Source: Erysipelotrichaceae bacterium (GTDB lineage: Bacteria > Bacillota_I > Bacilli_A > Erysipelotrichales > Erysipelotrichaceae). From it: a stretch of DNA of 64,000 nt. The notes below the pieces were generated by a model. It made no database searches. It saw only the letters and a program-made list of their open reading frames with translations, and had not been told where the DNA came from. The position numbers and the translations under genes are program-made. The DNA lies in the NCBI GenBank assembly GCA_021209625.1, contig JAJOHZ010000026.1, forward strand, positions 6,951 through 70,950. The letters are read 5' to 3'. Shown here piece after piece: positions 52,510-63,446 of the stretch; within the stretch, counting starts at the first letter, position 1; every line of letters starts with the position of its first letter.

Positions 52510-53460
52510 TTATTTAACCTCTTTTTCTTGTAAAGGTTTTGATAATTCAATGAGTTTATTAAAGCGATGCTTCATGCCTGATTTGCTCATGAGTGTCCCT
52601 GATTGCACGGAATAGAGCTGAGCTAACTCATTAAGAGACGCTTCAGGATGAAGTTGACGTAAGATAGCCACTTCTTTAAGTTTACTGTCAAGCTTTTCAA
52701 ATCGATCGTATTTTATGAGCAGTTCGATGGCTTGAATGTGTTCATTGCTGGAGGCAATGACTTTCATTTCATTGGCCACTTCACAGTTATCCAATCGTGT
52801 TAATGAGTTGGTGAAGTCTCGTTGAATACGAATGTCTTCAAATTTCATTAAGGATTGAAACGCTCCAATCATACGTAAGAAATCAGAAATGTGATCTGCG
52901 GCTTTGATGTACACCACATGATGATGACGTCTCACAATAATCTTAGCCTTTAAATCAAAGCGATGACACAGTTTTAAGACAAATTGTGCTAATTTCTCTT
53001 GAGATAAAGCAATTTCACAGTGATAGTTGGCGTTGATGGGTGAATTGATGGATCCACTGGCTAAGAAGGCTCCCGCAATGTAAGCCCGTGCACAACATTC
53101 TTTCGCAACCACACTGCGAGCCACTGTTTCAGAAAACCCTTTAGATGAATACAAGTGCATATCTTCCAATATGGCTTTCACGTTTTGGTCCACACTCACC
53201 ACATACGAATGGTTTTTCTTTAGTTTAATGCGTTTGTAGATTTTTAAGGTTGGTGTGGCTTGATAGGTTTGTTTGAGTAATATCCAAAAACGTTTAGCTG
53301 TGGTGGGATTATCACTTTGAAAATTGAGTTTTAAGGTTTGATTGGAAATACTGAGTGTTGCATCAGTTTGAACTAAAGCTGCAAGTTGTGCTCGTGCACA
53401 ACATGGCTTCAACTCATTCATCACAATCTCGGCTTTAACCTCCGAAGTGTAAGATGGCAA
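52510..53460 (-). CDS. whiA: DNA-binding protein WhiA
   Basis: Reads MPSYTSEVKAEIV...CCARAQLAAL.., with degenerate LAGLIDADG halves and a C-terminal HTH ..LNELAQLYSVQSGTLMSKSGMKHRF... The position after yvcK is conserved. Confidence 0.92.
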   Translation of the reverse strand: MPSYTSEVKAEIVMNELKPCCARAQLAALVQTDATLSISNQTLKLNFQSDNPTTAKRFWILLKQTYQATPTLKIYKRIKLKKNHSYVVSVDQNVKAILEDMHLYSSKGFSETVARSVVAKECCARAYIAGAFLASGSINSPINANYHCEIALSQEKLAQFVLKLCHRFDLKAKIIVRRHHHVVYIKAADHISDFLRMIGAFQSLMKFEDIRIQRDFTNSLTRLDNCEVANEMKVIASSNEHIQAIELLIKYDRFEKLDSKLKEVAILRQLHPEASLNELAQLYSVQSGTLMSKSGMKHRFNKLIELSKPLQEKEVK

Positions 53461-54391
53461 ACGACATCACCTCCTCACAACACCGTTGAACTTTCACATC
53501 ATCATGAATGACGGTGTTACCCACGGTGGTTAATAAATCATACGATAAAACTTTGGTTAACGATGGATAGCGAATGGTAAGAGGTTCACATTCATCCAAA
53601 GCATAATGTTCAAGAATATGATCCGGAAGAGGCGTGTTCGCCACTATCGCTAAATCTAAAGTCAATGGACAATGATCATAAATGGCTTGAAGATGATCAT
53701 TCAGATCATACCCCTTGGTCTCGCCTTTTTGTGTCATCGCATTGGCCACAAAAATCTTCCTTGCTTTGGAATGCATGAGTGCTTGAGCCAGTTCTGGAAT
53801 GATCAAATTAGGCAAAATACTGGTGTATAAGGATCCTACCCCAAAGAAAATAAAATCTGCTTTCTCAATGGCTTCAATGGCTTGCATGGATGCATGCACT
53901 TCACTGTCATAGGAAAGATGCTTAATACGTGATTTAGCCTCCTTACCTATTTTATTCTCTCCAATGATGACACTACCATCTTCACAGATGGCTTTAAGTG
54001 TCACCGTTTGTGTTGTGCTAGGAATAATATCACCATTGATGTTAAGCACTTTACTGATGTTGGAAATAGAAAGCATAAAATCCCCACTGCTTTCAGTGAG
54101 GGCACTTAAAATCAGATTCCCTAAACTATGCCCACTTAAATCCATCGCATTATCTTTAAAACGGTATGTCATGATTTGTGAAAGAATGGTTTCCTCAGGA
54201 GCCATCGCCACCATGACGTTGCGAATGTCGCCCATGGCAGGAATATCGAAGATGGAACGTAAACGTCCCGTAGAACCTCCATCATCCGCTACTGTGACTA
54301 GTGATGTTAAGTGAATATTTGGAATGCGTTTTAATCCACGCAATAAAGCTGCTTGTCCTTTGCCACCACCGATGACAACCACTCGCTTCAT
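53435..54391 (-). CDS. yvcK: YvcK/GlmR-type gluconeogenesis factor (CofD-like UDP-sugar binding family)
   Basis: Reads MKRVVVIGGGKGQAALLRGLKRIP..LVTVADDGGSTGRLR.. ATG 54391 follows GGGGGAG. Confidence 0.9.
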   Translation of the reverse strand: MKRVVVIGGGKGQAALLRGLKRIPNIHLTSLVTVADDGGSTGRLRSIFDIPAMGDIRNVMVAMAPEETILSQIMTYRFKDNAMDLSGHSLGNLILSALTESSGDFMLSISNISKVLNINGDIIPSTTQTVTLKAICEDGSVIIGENKIGKEAKSRIKHLSYDSEVHASMQAIEAIEKADFIFFGVGSLYTSILPNLIIPELAQALMHSKARKIFVANAMTQKGETKGYDLNDHLQAIYDHCPLTLDLAIVANTPLPDHILEHYALDECEPLTIRYPSLTKVLSYDLLTTVGNTVIHDDVKVQRCCEEVMSFAILHFGG

Positions 54392-54392
54392 G

Positions 54393-55253
54393 TTACTCCC
54401 CCAAGTCTTTATGTTTAGTATAGACTTTATATTGTTTTGAAAAATGTAGCGACAACGCATTCGCTAATGTGACTGAGCGATGCTTGCCTCCTGTACAACC
54501 AACGGCCACAGTGACATGATTCTTACCTTCTTGAATGTAAAGAGGAAATGAGAAGGCTAAAAAATCAATGAGTTGATTTAAATACTGTTGCGCCACTTCT
54601 TGACCCATCACATAATCCACCACGGCTTGATCATTGCCTGTTAATGGACGAAGTTCTGGCTCCCAGAAGGGGTTTTTAATGAACCGCACATCAAAGACAC
54701 AATCCGCATCTTTAGGAATGCCATGTTTGAAACCAAAAGACATAAAACTGATACTGAAGGTAGGCATGGATTCCACACCATACAAGATTTGAAGACGTTT
54801 GGTTAAATCTTGATTACTTAAAGAAGTGGTATCAATGCACGTTGATGCTTCTTTTAAAGGACTCAGCATCTCAATTTCCACGTTAATGGCTTCACTTAAG
54901 GAAGAAGCTAAATTACGCAATAAGAAAGGATGCGTGCGTCGTGTTGCTTTGTAACGCTTCAATAAAACATCTTCATCGGCTTCTAAAAATAACACTCTTA
55001 CATCCGCTTCAGAATTAGATAAGCGAAGGATAAGTTTCTTCATGTATAACGATTCTGTGGATAAGGCCACAAAATCAAAACGAGGATCATCATTGGTTAA
55101 AATCAATTTAAGTGTTTCTTCAAACAACTCAAAAGGAATCTGGTCCATGATGGTGTATCCCATGTCTTCTAAGATACCCATAGCCACGGTTTTACCTGCT
55201 CCAGAGTAACCACTGACGACGACGATGCGTTTACGTTTGATGTCTTGTTTCAT
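54393..55253 (-). CDS. rapZ: RNase adapter / nucleotide-binding protein RapZ (YvcJ)
   Basis: Contains ..IVVVSGYSGAGKTVAMGILEDMGY.. and ..VAVGCTGGKHRSV.. Confidence 0.92.
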   Translation of the reverse strand: MKQDIKRKRIVVVSGYSGAGKTVAMGILEDMGYTIMDQIPFELFEETLKLILTNDDPRFDFVALSTESLYMKKLILRLSNSEADVRVLFLEADEDVLLKRYKATRRTHPFLLRNLASSLSEAINVEIEMLSPLKEASTCIDTTSLSNQDLTKRLQILYGVESMPTFSISFMSFGFKHGIPKDADCVFDVRFIKNPFWEPELRPLTGNDQAVVDYVMGQEVAQQYLNQLIDFLAFSFPLYIQEGKNHVTVAVGCTGGKHRSVTLANALSLHFSKQYKVYTKHKDLGE

Positions 55254-55317
55254 GGTTTCATTCTACAACATTCCCACGTGTTTCACAAGCAACCCAAAGA
55301 AAAGACCTTGATAGGTC

Positions 55318-56244
55318 TTAGTGAAATGAATTAATGTAATGAAAGGCTTGTTGAGCCGCCACAGCACCATCATTGGCCGCTGTCACAATCTGCCTTAAAA
55401 ACTTCGCACACACATCACCTGCCCCGAAGAGTCCAGGAATGGCGGTCTTCATGTTTTCATCCACAATGAGATAACCATCTTGATTAGTGATTCCTAAATG
55501 AGACACAAAATCAGTATTAGGAGTTGATCCAATGTATGGGAACACCGCTTTCGTAGGAATGATTTGCTTCTCTTGATTGACATTGGAAACAATCTCCAAT
55601 CCAGAAATGATGCCATTGTCAAGGACATAACGCACAGGTGAATGCAGCCATATCACATTGATTTTTGGGTTGCTGAGCACTTGCTCCTGAATATGAGGTT
55701 CAGCTCGAAAGACATCACGACGAACAATCAAATTCACCACCGAAGCAAACTTAGTAAGATACAAGGATTCTTCACAGGCAGAGTTGCCTCCCCCAATCAC
55801 ACTCACAGGTTGGTTGCGATAGAACGCTCCATCACACACGGCACAAAAGGATAATCCTTTTCCAATGAGCGTATCATCCCCTTCAAGTCCAAGTTGCTTC
55901 TCCAGTGTACCACTGGCAATCATCACTGTTTTTGAGGTGTAGACATTACCATCTTCACATTGAATGTGAAAGATGTTGTCCACTTTATCAATCTTAGTGA
56001 CGCGTCCATACAAATATTCCACACCTGTTTCAGTCGCATGTTCATACATGTCCATCGCAAGCTGATACCCAGTGACGAGTTTTTGTCCTGGCCAGTTCGC
56101 AATTTCATACGTTTTAACAAGTTTTCCCCCTGGTGCTTCTGGTTCTAGAATGGCGGTCTTTAACCCCGCTCTTGGACCATAGACCCCTGCTGTTAATCCT
56201 GCAGGACCAGCACCCACAATGATTAAATCGTAGTACGTGTCCAT
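55318..56244 (-). CDS. trxB: Thioredoxin-disulfide reductase
   Basis: Contains ..DLIIVGAGPAGLTAG.., the redox centre CAVCDG and ..GGGNSACEE.. Confidence 0.93.
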   Translation of the reverse strand: MDTYYDLIIVGAGPAGLTAGVYGPRAGLKTAILEPEAPGGKLVKTYEIANWPGQKLVTGYQLAMDMYEHATETGVEYLYGRVTKIDKVDNIFHIQCEDGNVYTSKTVMIASGTLEKQLGLEGDDTLIGKGLSFCAVCDGAFYRNQPVSVIGGGNSACEESLYLTKFASVVNLIVRRDVFRAEPHIQEQVLSNPKINVIWLHSPVRYVLDNGIISGLEIVSNVNQEKQIIPTKAVFPYIGSTPNTDFVSHLGITNQDGYLIVDENMKTAIPGLFGAGDVCAKFLRQIVTAANDGAVAAQQAFHYINSFH

Positions 56245-57682
56245 TCCACATCCTCCTTTAAGATCGCTTCAAATTCACTCCATGAGCGAATGGTTTTATT
56301 TGGTTTTAAGGCTTGTATCGCTTCATAGCGATCTTCATTGGAAATGTAAGCCACACAGTAAGCTCCAATGTTGGTGGCTGATTTGACATCCACCACAGTG
56401 TCACCCACATAAATCAAGGCGTCATGTCCTACCCCTAACGCTTCACACGCTTTAAGAATGGCTTCTTTGTGAGGCTTATGTTCCACCACATGATTGAGTC
56501 CAATGATGACCTCAAATAAATCCTTCATGTTAAACATGTCTAAGGCATATTCAATCGAATCAGAATGTTTTGAAGACACAATACCTAAACGGTATCCTTG
56601 TGCTTTAAGCGAAGTTAGCACTTCTTTTGCCCCTTCAAAGGGCTTCACTAAAGAAGCATGAAGTTCTAGATTAATCTTACGGTAGTCATTCACCAAATCA
56701 TCAATCTGTGATTCATCAAAATGTTGTATGAAGATTTCTTTGAGAGGAGGTCCCATCAAAGTCTTCTTGGATTCTTCATTGATTAAATGACCTAATCCAT
56801 GATTGTGGTAGAGTTTTTCATACGTGGCCAACACGGCTGGCTCAGTATCCATGATGGTACCATCAAAATCAAAGAGCAAAATGGGTTGCTTACGAGGATA
56901 CAGTTTTCTAAATAAACCTAAGGTCCCTAACACACCGATTAACACAAAAGCAATGGAAACAAGTTGAGCACTGCGTAGGCCCATAAACATGAGACTATCA
57001 CTGCGTAAGCCCTCCACAAAGAAACGAAGTACCCCATACCACATGAGGTAGGCATACACCATATCTCCACGTTTGACTTGAGTGAATCGTTTGTAGAGAT
57101 AAATAATGATGAAATATCCAAGGATATTTCCCATGGATTCATACAAGAAAGTCGGTTCACGATAAGAACCCCCAATCAGCATGTGATTGGCTAACCAGGT
57201 AGGCCAACCAGCATAAAAGGAAGGATCAACCACACGACCAAACGCTTCTTGATTCGCAAAATTACCCCAACGTCCTAAAGCTTGAGCAATCATGATGGTA
57301 GGCACAGCTCCATCAGCGATACGTAAGAAATCAATCTTGCGCTTCTTTACCCAGAAGTAGCTATAGAGAAACCCTAAAAGTAGTCCACCTTGAATGGCTA
57401 GACCACCTTCCCATGTGGCGATGATTCGAAATGGATCACTCAAATACCCAGCTAAGTCGTCTGAAAAAGCCACGTACCATAAACGTGATCCAATGACCCC
57501 TGAGATGAGGGCTCCAAAAAACAAGTCGTCCATTTGTCGAGGTCATCATACCCCATTTTTTTAAATTCTCTAAGTGATAAAGCATAGGCAATGAATGCCC
57601 CTGTTAAGATAAGCACCGCATACCAACGAATCGCAAATGTTCCGATTTGAAGGATGGTGGATGGATTTGGAAAAAACTGCAT
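56223..57682 (-). CDS. lgt: Prolipoprotein diacylglyceryl transferase fused in-frame to a C-terminal HAD phosphatase (PpaX/PGP-like) domain. The N-terminus is offset by one frameshift in this sequence
   Basis: ORF 57452..57682 (MQFFPNPSTILQIGTFAIRWYAVLILTG..) and ORF 56223..57533 (..GRWGNFANQEAFG..YREPTFLYES..FVEGLRSDSL.. then ..LLFDFDGTIMDT..GIVSSK..VGDTVVDV..). The frames rejoin at GACAAATGG (57533-57535). There is no stop, RBS or ATG at the Lgt/HAD junction. Confidence 0.85.
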
Positions 57683-57685
57683 GGT

Positions 57686-58639
57686 CTACTCCCTTCCGTT
57701 TTCTTGATTTTGTTGGACGATATAGTTATACACCCGATCGTCAAATGATTTAGCTGCATCAATGCCTTTTTCTTTGAGAGTGAAATCTGTGACTGCTGCT
57801 TCAATTAAGACAGACAAGTTACGTCCTTCTTTCACTGGGAATATCATCTTAGGAATATCAATGCCTAAAATAGGCATACTGAACTGTGAATCAATGGAAA
57901 CCCGTTTGTAGGCTTTTCCATCTTGCCATTTTTCAAGATACACCACAAAGTCAATGCGCATGGAATCCAATAAAGCACTGGCTCCAAACATGCGCTCAAC
58001 ATCGATGATACCAATCCCACGAAGTTCTAAGTATCCCTTTAGTAATTCTGGGGCTGAACCATAGATGGTGTTATGAATGCGTCTAACATCCACACGATCA
58101 TCCGCAATGAGCACATGTCCTTTGCGAATCAGTTCAAGTCCAAGTTCTGATTTCCCCATTCCCGATTCTCCAGTGATGAGCACTCCCTTACCATAAACGT
58201 TAATAAGTACCCCATGAATCGTGTCGGATTCAGAAAGTTGCTCATCCAGATATGAAATCACATCGACCATGAGTTGGTATGTTTTAAGGATCGTTCTAAA
58301 GATAGGAAAATTTTTTGATTTTGCCACTTCCATTAAGATAGGAGGACAGTCATGAGAGCGGGTAATGATGATGGAAGGTGTCCAACCATCCGTCAGTTTT
58401 TCAAACACAAAGCGTTGATGTTCATCATTCATCGTTTGAATGTACGCCATCTCTTTATCACCTAACACCACAATACGTCGTGGTTCAGTATGTTCAAAGA
58501 AGCCAGAGAGTTCAAGTCCAGGACGATTCAAGTCTGGAACAACAACCCAACGATTCAAGGCATCATCGTTACCACACAGTTGCTCAAACTTAAAGTATTC
58601 TTTAACCTTCCTCATTGTACAACGATTGGTGTATTCCAT
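57686..58639 (-). CDS. hprK: HPr kinase/phosphorylase
   Basis: Contains ..HGVLINVYGKGVLITGESGMGKSELGLELI.. (Walker A) and ..LELRGIGIIDV... A GGGAGG RBS precedes ATG 58639. Confidence 0.95.
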   Translation of the reverse strand: MEYTNRCTMRKVKEYFKFEQLCGNDDALNRWVVVPDLNRPGLELSGFFEHTEPRRIVVLGDKEMAYIQTMNDEHQRFVFEKLTDGWTPSIIITRSHDCPPILMEVAKSKNFPIFRTILKTYQLMVDVISYLDEQLSESDTIHGVLINVYGKGVLITGESGMGKSELGLELIRKGHVLIADDRVDVRRIHNTIYGSAPELLKGYLELRGIGIIDVERMFGASALLDSMRIDFVVYLEKWQDGKAYKRVSIDSQFSMPILGIDIPKMIFPVKEGRNLSVLIEAAVTDFTLKEKGIDAAKSFDDRVYNYIVQQNQENGRE

Positions 58640-58642
58640 AGG

Positions 58643-61470
58643 TTACCTCCCTGTTAAGATTTTCTTTAAGTAATGTCCAGTATGACTGGTTGGATGCTCT
58701 GCAATCATCTTTGGTGTTCCCACCGCAATGATTTGTCCTCCACCATCTCCCCCTTCAGGACCTAAATCAATGATGGTATCCGCATTCTTAATCACATCCA
58801 AGTTATGTTCAATGATGAGGACGCTGTCACCTTGATCCACAATGCGATGCAAGACACTCAGTAGCTTCGCCACATCATGAGTATGAAGGCCAGTGGTGGG
58901 TTCATCCAACACAAACAAGGTTTTTCCTGTGGCTTTACGTTGAAGTTCACTCGCCAGTTTTACCCTTTGGGCTTCTCCTCCTGATAAGGTGGTGGCGGAT
59001 TGACCTAATTTAATATAACCTAATCCAACATCTTGAAGGATTTTAAGTTTTGGACGCAATCTTATGAATGTTTTCAAAGAAGTCTACCCCTTCATCCACA
59101 CTCATGTTTAAAACATCAAAGATGGTTTTACCTTTATAGGTGACTTGTAACGTTTCAGGATTATAGCGTTGTCCTTCACAATCTTCACAGGCCACAAACA
59201 CGTCCGGAAGAAACAACATGGATATTCGCTTGACCCCATCCCCTTGACAGGTTTCACACCGTCCCCCCTTCACGTTGAAAGAGAATCGGCCTTTTAAATA
59301 CCCTCGTTTTTTCGCTTCAGGTGTCATCGCAAACAAATCGCGAATATCATCAAAGATGCCTGTGTAGGTAACTGGGTTAGATCGTGGAGTACGTCCAATC
59401 GGATCTTGATCCACCGCAATAATTTTATCAATGTGCTCTAATCCTTCAATGGATTTGACTGCACCTGGTTTAACCTTAACACGGGATAGTTGGTGTTGCA
59501 AGGTCTTCACAATGACTTCGTTGACCAGTGAGGACTTCCCACTGCCACTCACCCCCGGTGACCACCACAAATTGATTCAGTGGGATATCCACACTGATGT
59601 TTCTCAGGTTGTTTTTCACTGGCTTCATTAATTTTAAGACATAAGCCATTACCAACTCGTGTTTGAACAGGGGTTGGAATGAATAAGGTCTTGTTCAAGT
59701 ATTGACCTGTAATGGAAGCATCACACGCTAAGATGTCTTTTGTTGGACCATTAAAAATGATTTCTCCCCCATGAAGTCCTGCTCCAGGACCCACATCCAC
59801 AATCCAATCTGAAGCTTCCATCGTTTCTTCATCGTGTTCCACTACGATGAGGGTATTGCCTAAATCACGCATGTCCTTCAAGGTTTGAATGAGCTTTGCG
59901 TTATCACGTTGGTGTAAGCCAATGGAGGGTTCATCCAACACATAGAGCACCCCACTTAATCGAGATCCAATTTGTGTGGCTAAGCGAATGCGTTGCGCTT
60001 CTCCCCCTGATAAAGAACCCGCAACACGATCCAAGGTTAAGTAGGATAAACCTACATTATTGAGAAATTGAAGACGCTCTGAAACTTCCTTCAAGACAAG
60101 GCGTGCAATTTCTAAATCATGATCACTGAGTTTAAGTGAATGAATGAAATCAAGTCCTTGAGTGATGGAAAAACGTGTGAAATCATAAATGGAGTGTTGA
60201 CTTAGTTTAACACACAGTGCCATTTCATTGAGTCGTTTACCTGAGCAAGTTGGACAGGTGCTTTCACTCATGAATGATCCATACCAGTCTTTGGCCATGT
60301 TTGAAGAGGTTTCAAAGAATCGACGTTGAATGAGAGTTAAGACGCCTTCAATTCTTTCATTACGCAAATAAGTGTTGCCACTGCGTGAATGAATGGCATA
60401 TTTAATAGGGCCTTTAGATCCATGAAGCACAATGTCTTTATGCTCATCAGATAATTTTGAAATAGGGGTATTCATTGGGATTGAGTAGTGATCACACAGA
60501 GTTTTAAAGTTTTGCCACTCAATGTTTTCACTGTCCACAATGTTCTTATAATAACGGATTCCTCCTTGAAGGATGGAAAGAGAATCATCAGGAATGAGTA
60601 AGTCGATGTCAACTTGTTGGATGACCCCTAATCCTTTGCATGTTTCACATGCACCAAGTGGAGAGTTAAATGAGAATAATCGTGGTTCAAGATGTGGAAG
60701 TGAGAAACCACATTCAGCACATGCATAATTGGAAGACATGAGGGTTTCTACCCCATCAATGAGCACTAAAACCAACCCTGAAGAGAGCTTGAGTGATGTT
60801 TCAATTGAATCATACAAACGAGATTGGGCTTGATCACTTAAGATGAGACGATCCACCATGACTTCTAAGGTATGTTTATTGTTTTTATTGAGCTGAATAT
60901 CATCTTCTAAAAGCTTCATTTCACCATTCACTCGAATCCGCACAAAGCCTTGTTTCATTAAATCATTCATCAAGTCTTTGTGAGTTCCCTTTTGATTGCG
61001 CACCACTGGAGCTAAAAGTTCAATCTTAGCCCCACTTTTTGCACTCATCACATGATCCACCATGGTTTTAATGGACATCCCTACAATAGGATGATGATGA
61101 ATGGGACAGGTTGGTGTTCCAATACGAGCATACAGTAAACGTAAGTAATCATAGATCTCAGTCACCGTTCCGACGGTGGAACGAGGATTATTGGATGTGG
61201 TTTTTTGATCAATCGCAATGGCTGGAGATAATCCTTCAATGGAATCCACATCCGTGTTTCCATGTTGCCTAAAAATTGACGGGCGTATGCCGATAAGGAC
61301 TCCACGTATCGACGTTGTCCTTCCGCATAAATGGTATCAAACGCAAGGGAGGTTTTCCCACTGCCTGATAAGCCTGTCATGATAATGAATTGATTGCGAG
61401 GGAGCGTGAGATTAATGTTTTTTAAGTTATTAACTCTCGCTCCTTTAATCACGATTTGATCATTTTTCAT
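58643..61470 (-). CDS. uvrA: Excinuclease ABC subunit A, broken into four ORFs by four apparent 1-nt indels
   Basis: ORFs 61162..61470, 59549..61249, 59043..59570 and 58643..59077 are colinear with UvrA (..[36 protein letters not shown].., ..[16 protein letters not shown].., ..[12 protein letters not shown].., ..[15 protein letters not shown]..). The breaks are at 61253-61254, 59612-59616, 59552-59556 and 59048-59051. Confidence 0.93.
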
Positions 61471-63446
61471 AGTTCACCTTTTAATTCAAAGAGCGCATCA
61501 CGCAGCAAAGCTGCTCGCTCAAAGTCTAAGACTTTCGCTGCCTCCAACATGTCTTTTTCAATTTGGGCAATGATCGCCGCTTTATCCGATGCGCTCACCT
61601 TGCCATGTTTTTGAATTAGACGACGAGTAATCTCTTCATTTTCTTTTCCTGCCACACTGTGGGCAATGTCTTTAATGATGGTTTTAGGAATAATGCCGTA
61701 TTGCTTGTTGTGTGCTTCTTGGATATGTCGACGACGATTGGTTTCATCAATCGCTTTCTTCATTGAATCGGTCATTTTATCGGCATACATGATGACGGTT
61801 CCTTCATCATTTCGTGCAGCACGTCCGACAATCTGAATTAAAGAGCGAGAAGAACGCAAGAAACCTTCTTTATCGGCATCCAAGATCGCAATCAAGGACA
61901 CTTCAGGGATGTCTAAGCCTTCTCGTAATAGGTTGATTCCAACCACACAATCATACTTTCCTTTACGAAGTTGACGAATGATTTCAATCCGCTCTAACGT
62001 TTTTGTTTCATGGTGTAAGTACACCGCATTGATTTCATGAACTAAAAAATAGGATGTTAACTCTTCAGCCATTTTAACCGTGAGTGTAGTAACCAAAACA
62101 CGTTGATTCTTTTCTTTTCGCTTCATGATTTCTTCCATCAAGTTATCAATTTGACCATAGGAAGGACGAACATGAATGATGGGATCCACTAAACCGGTTG
62201 GACGAATGATCTGTTCAACCACGTTATGATTGACCTTCTCTAACTCAAAGTCCCCTGGGGTGGCGGAAACGTAAATGGTTTGCTTAGGTAAGGTTAAAAA
62301 TTCTTCAAAGCGTAAAGGACGATTATGCAGTGCAGAAGGTAAACGAAAACCATAATCCACAAGCACTTTCTTACGAGCCTGATCGCCATTGAACATCCCT
62401 CTTACTTGCGGTAAACTCACGTGACTCTCATCCACCACAAACAAGAAATCATCTGGAAAGAAATCAAAGATGGTATAAGGACGTTGTCCAGGAGTTCTCG
62501 CATCAATGTGCATGGAGTAGTTTTCAATGCCTGAACAATAGCCAAACTCACGTAAGGCTTCGATGTCATAGCGAGTGCGTTGTTCCAAGCGTTGCATTTC
62601 TAAAAGTTTGTTTTCTTCTTTAAGTTCTTTTAATCGAACTTCAAGTTCTTTTTCAATCGCATTGGCTGCTTCTAAGATTTGTGGCTTAAAGCGAGCGTAT
62701 TCCGTTGCAGGAAAGATATTGTAAAGCATGTACCCTGAATTAACCTTGAAGGTGATTGGGTCCAGTTCTACGATACGTTCAATGGTATTATCAAAAAACT
62801 CTACTCGTAAAACAAACTCATCGGTATACCCTAAAGCAATGTCAATCACATCTCCTTTGACTCTGAAGGTTCCTTTGGATAATTCTGTATCATTGCGGGT
62901 GTATTGACGAAGCACCAATTTGCTGATGAGTTCATCCCGATCCATGGTTTCATTGACCTTAATCGTGAAAAACATATCCCGATAATTGTTTGGATCACTG
63001 GAAGCATAAATGCAAGCCACAGAAGCAACCACAATCGTATCTCTTCGTGTCAAAATTGAATTAATGGAAGATAAACGAAGCATGTCCAATTCTTGGTTAA
63101 TGGTAGCTGACTTTTCAATGTAGGTGTCTGTACGAGGCATGTATGCCTCAGGCTGATAGTAATCGAAGTTTGACACAAAGTATTCCACACGATTGTTTGG
63201 AAAGAAGGATTTAAATTCATTGTAAAGTTGCCCTGCGAGGGTTTTATTATGTACAAGCACTAAGGTTGGTTTATTGACTTTCGCAATCACTGAAGAGATT
63301 GTAAAGGTTTTACCCGTTCCAGTTGCTCCTAAAAGGACTTGAAAAGGTTTGCCTTCTTCAAGACCTTGAGTTAACTGTTCAATCGCTTTGGTTTGATCAC
63401 CAGCGCTTGAATATGGAGCTACAAGTTGAAACGTTTCATTCATCAT
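61467..63446 (-). CDS. uvrB: Excinuclease ABC subunit B
   Basis: Contains ..[14 protein letters not shown].., ..DESHV.. and a C-terminal UVR domain ..[16 protein letters not shown]... The ORF is intact and its TGA overlaps the uvrA ATG. Confidence 0.97.
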   Translation of the reverse strand: MMNETFQLVAPYSSAGDQTKAIEQLTQGLEEGKPFQVLLGATGTGKTFTISSVIAKVNKPTLVLVHNKTLAGQLYNEFKSFFPNNRVEYFVSNFDYYQPEAYMPRTDTYIEKSATINQELDMLRLSSINSILTRRDTIVVASVACIYASSDPNNYRDMFFTIKVNETMDRDELISKLVLRQYTRNDTELSKGTFRVKGDVIDIALGYTDEFVLRVEFFDNTIERIVELDPITFKVNSGYMLYNIFPATEYARFKPQILEAANAIEKELEVRLKELKEENKLLEMQRLEQRTRYDIEALREFGYCSGIENYSMHIDARTPGQRPYTIFDFFPDDFLFVVDESHVSLPQVRGMFNGDQARKKVLVDYGFRLPSALHNRPLRFEEFLTLPKQTIYVSATPGDFELEKVNHNVVEQIIRPTGLVDPIIHVRPSYGQIDNLMEEIMKRKEKNQRVLVTTLTVKMAEELTSYFLVHEINAVYLHHETKTLERIEIIRQLRKGKYDCVVGINLLREGLDIPEVSLIAILDADKEGFLRSSRSLIQIVGRAARNDEGTVIMYADKMTDSMKKAIDETNRRRHIQEAHNKQYGIIPKTIIKDIAHSVAGKENEEITRRLIQKHGKVSASDKAAIIAQIEKDMLEAAKVLDFERAALLRDALFELKGEL

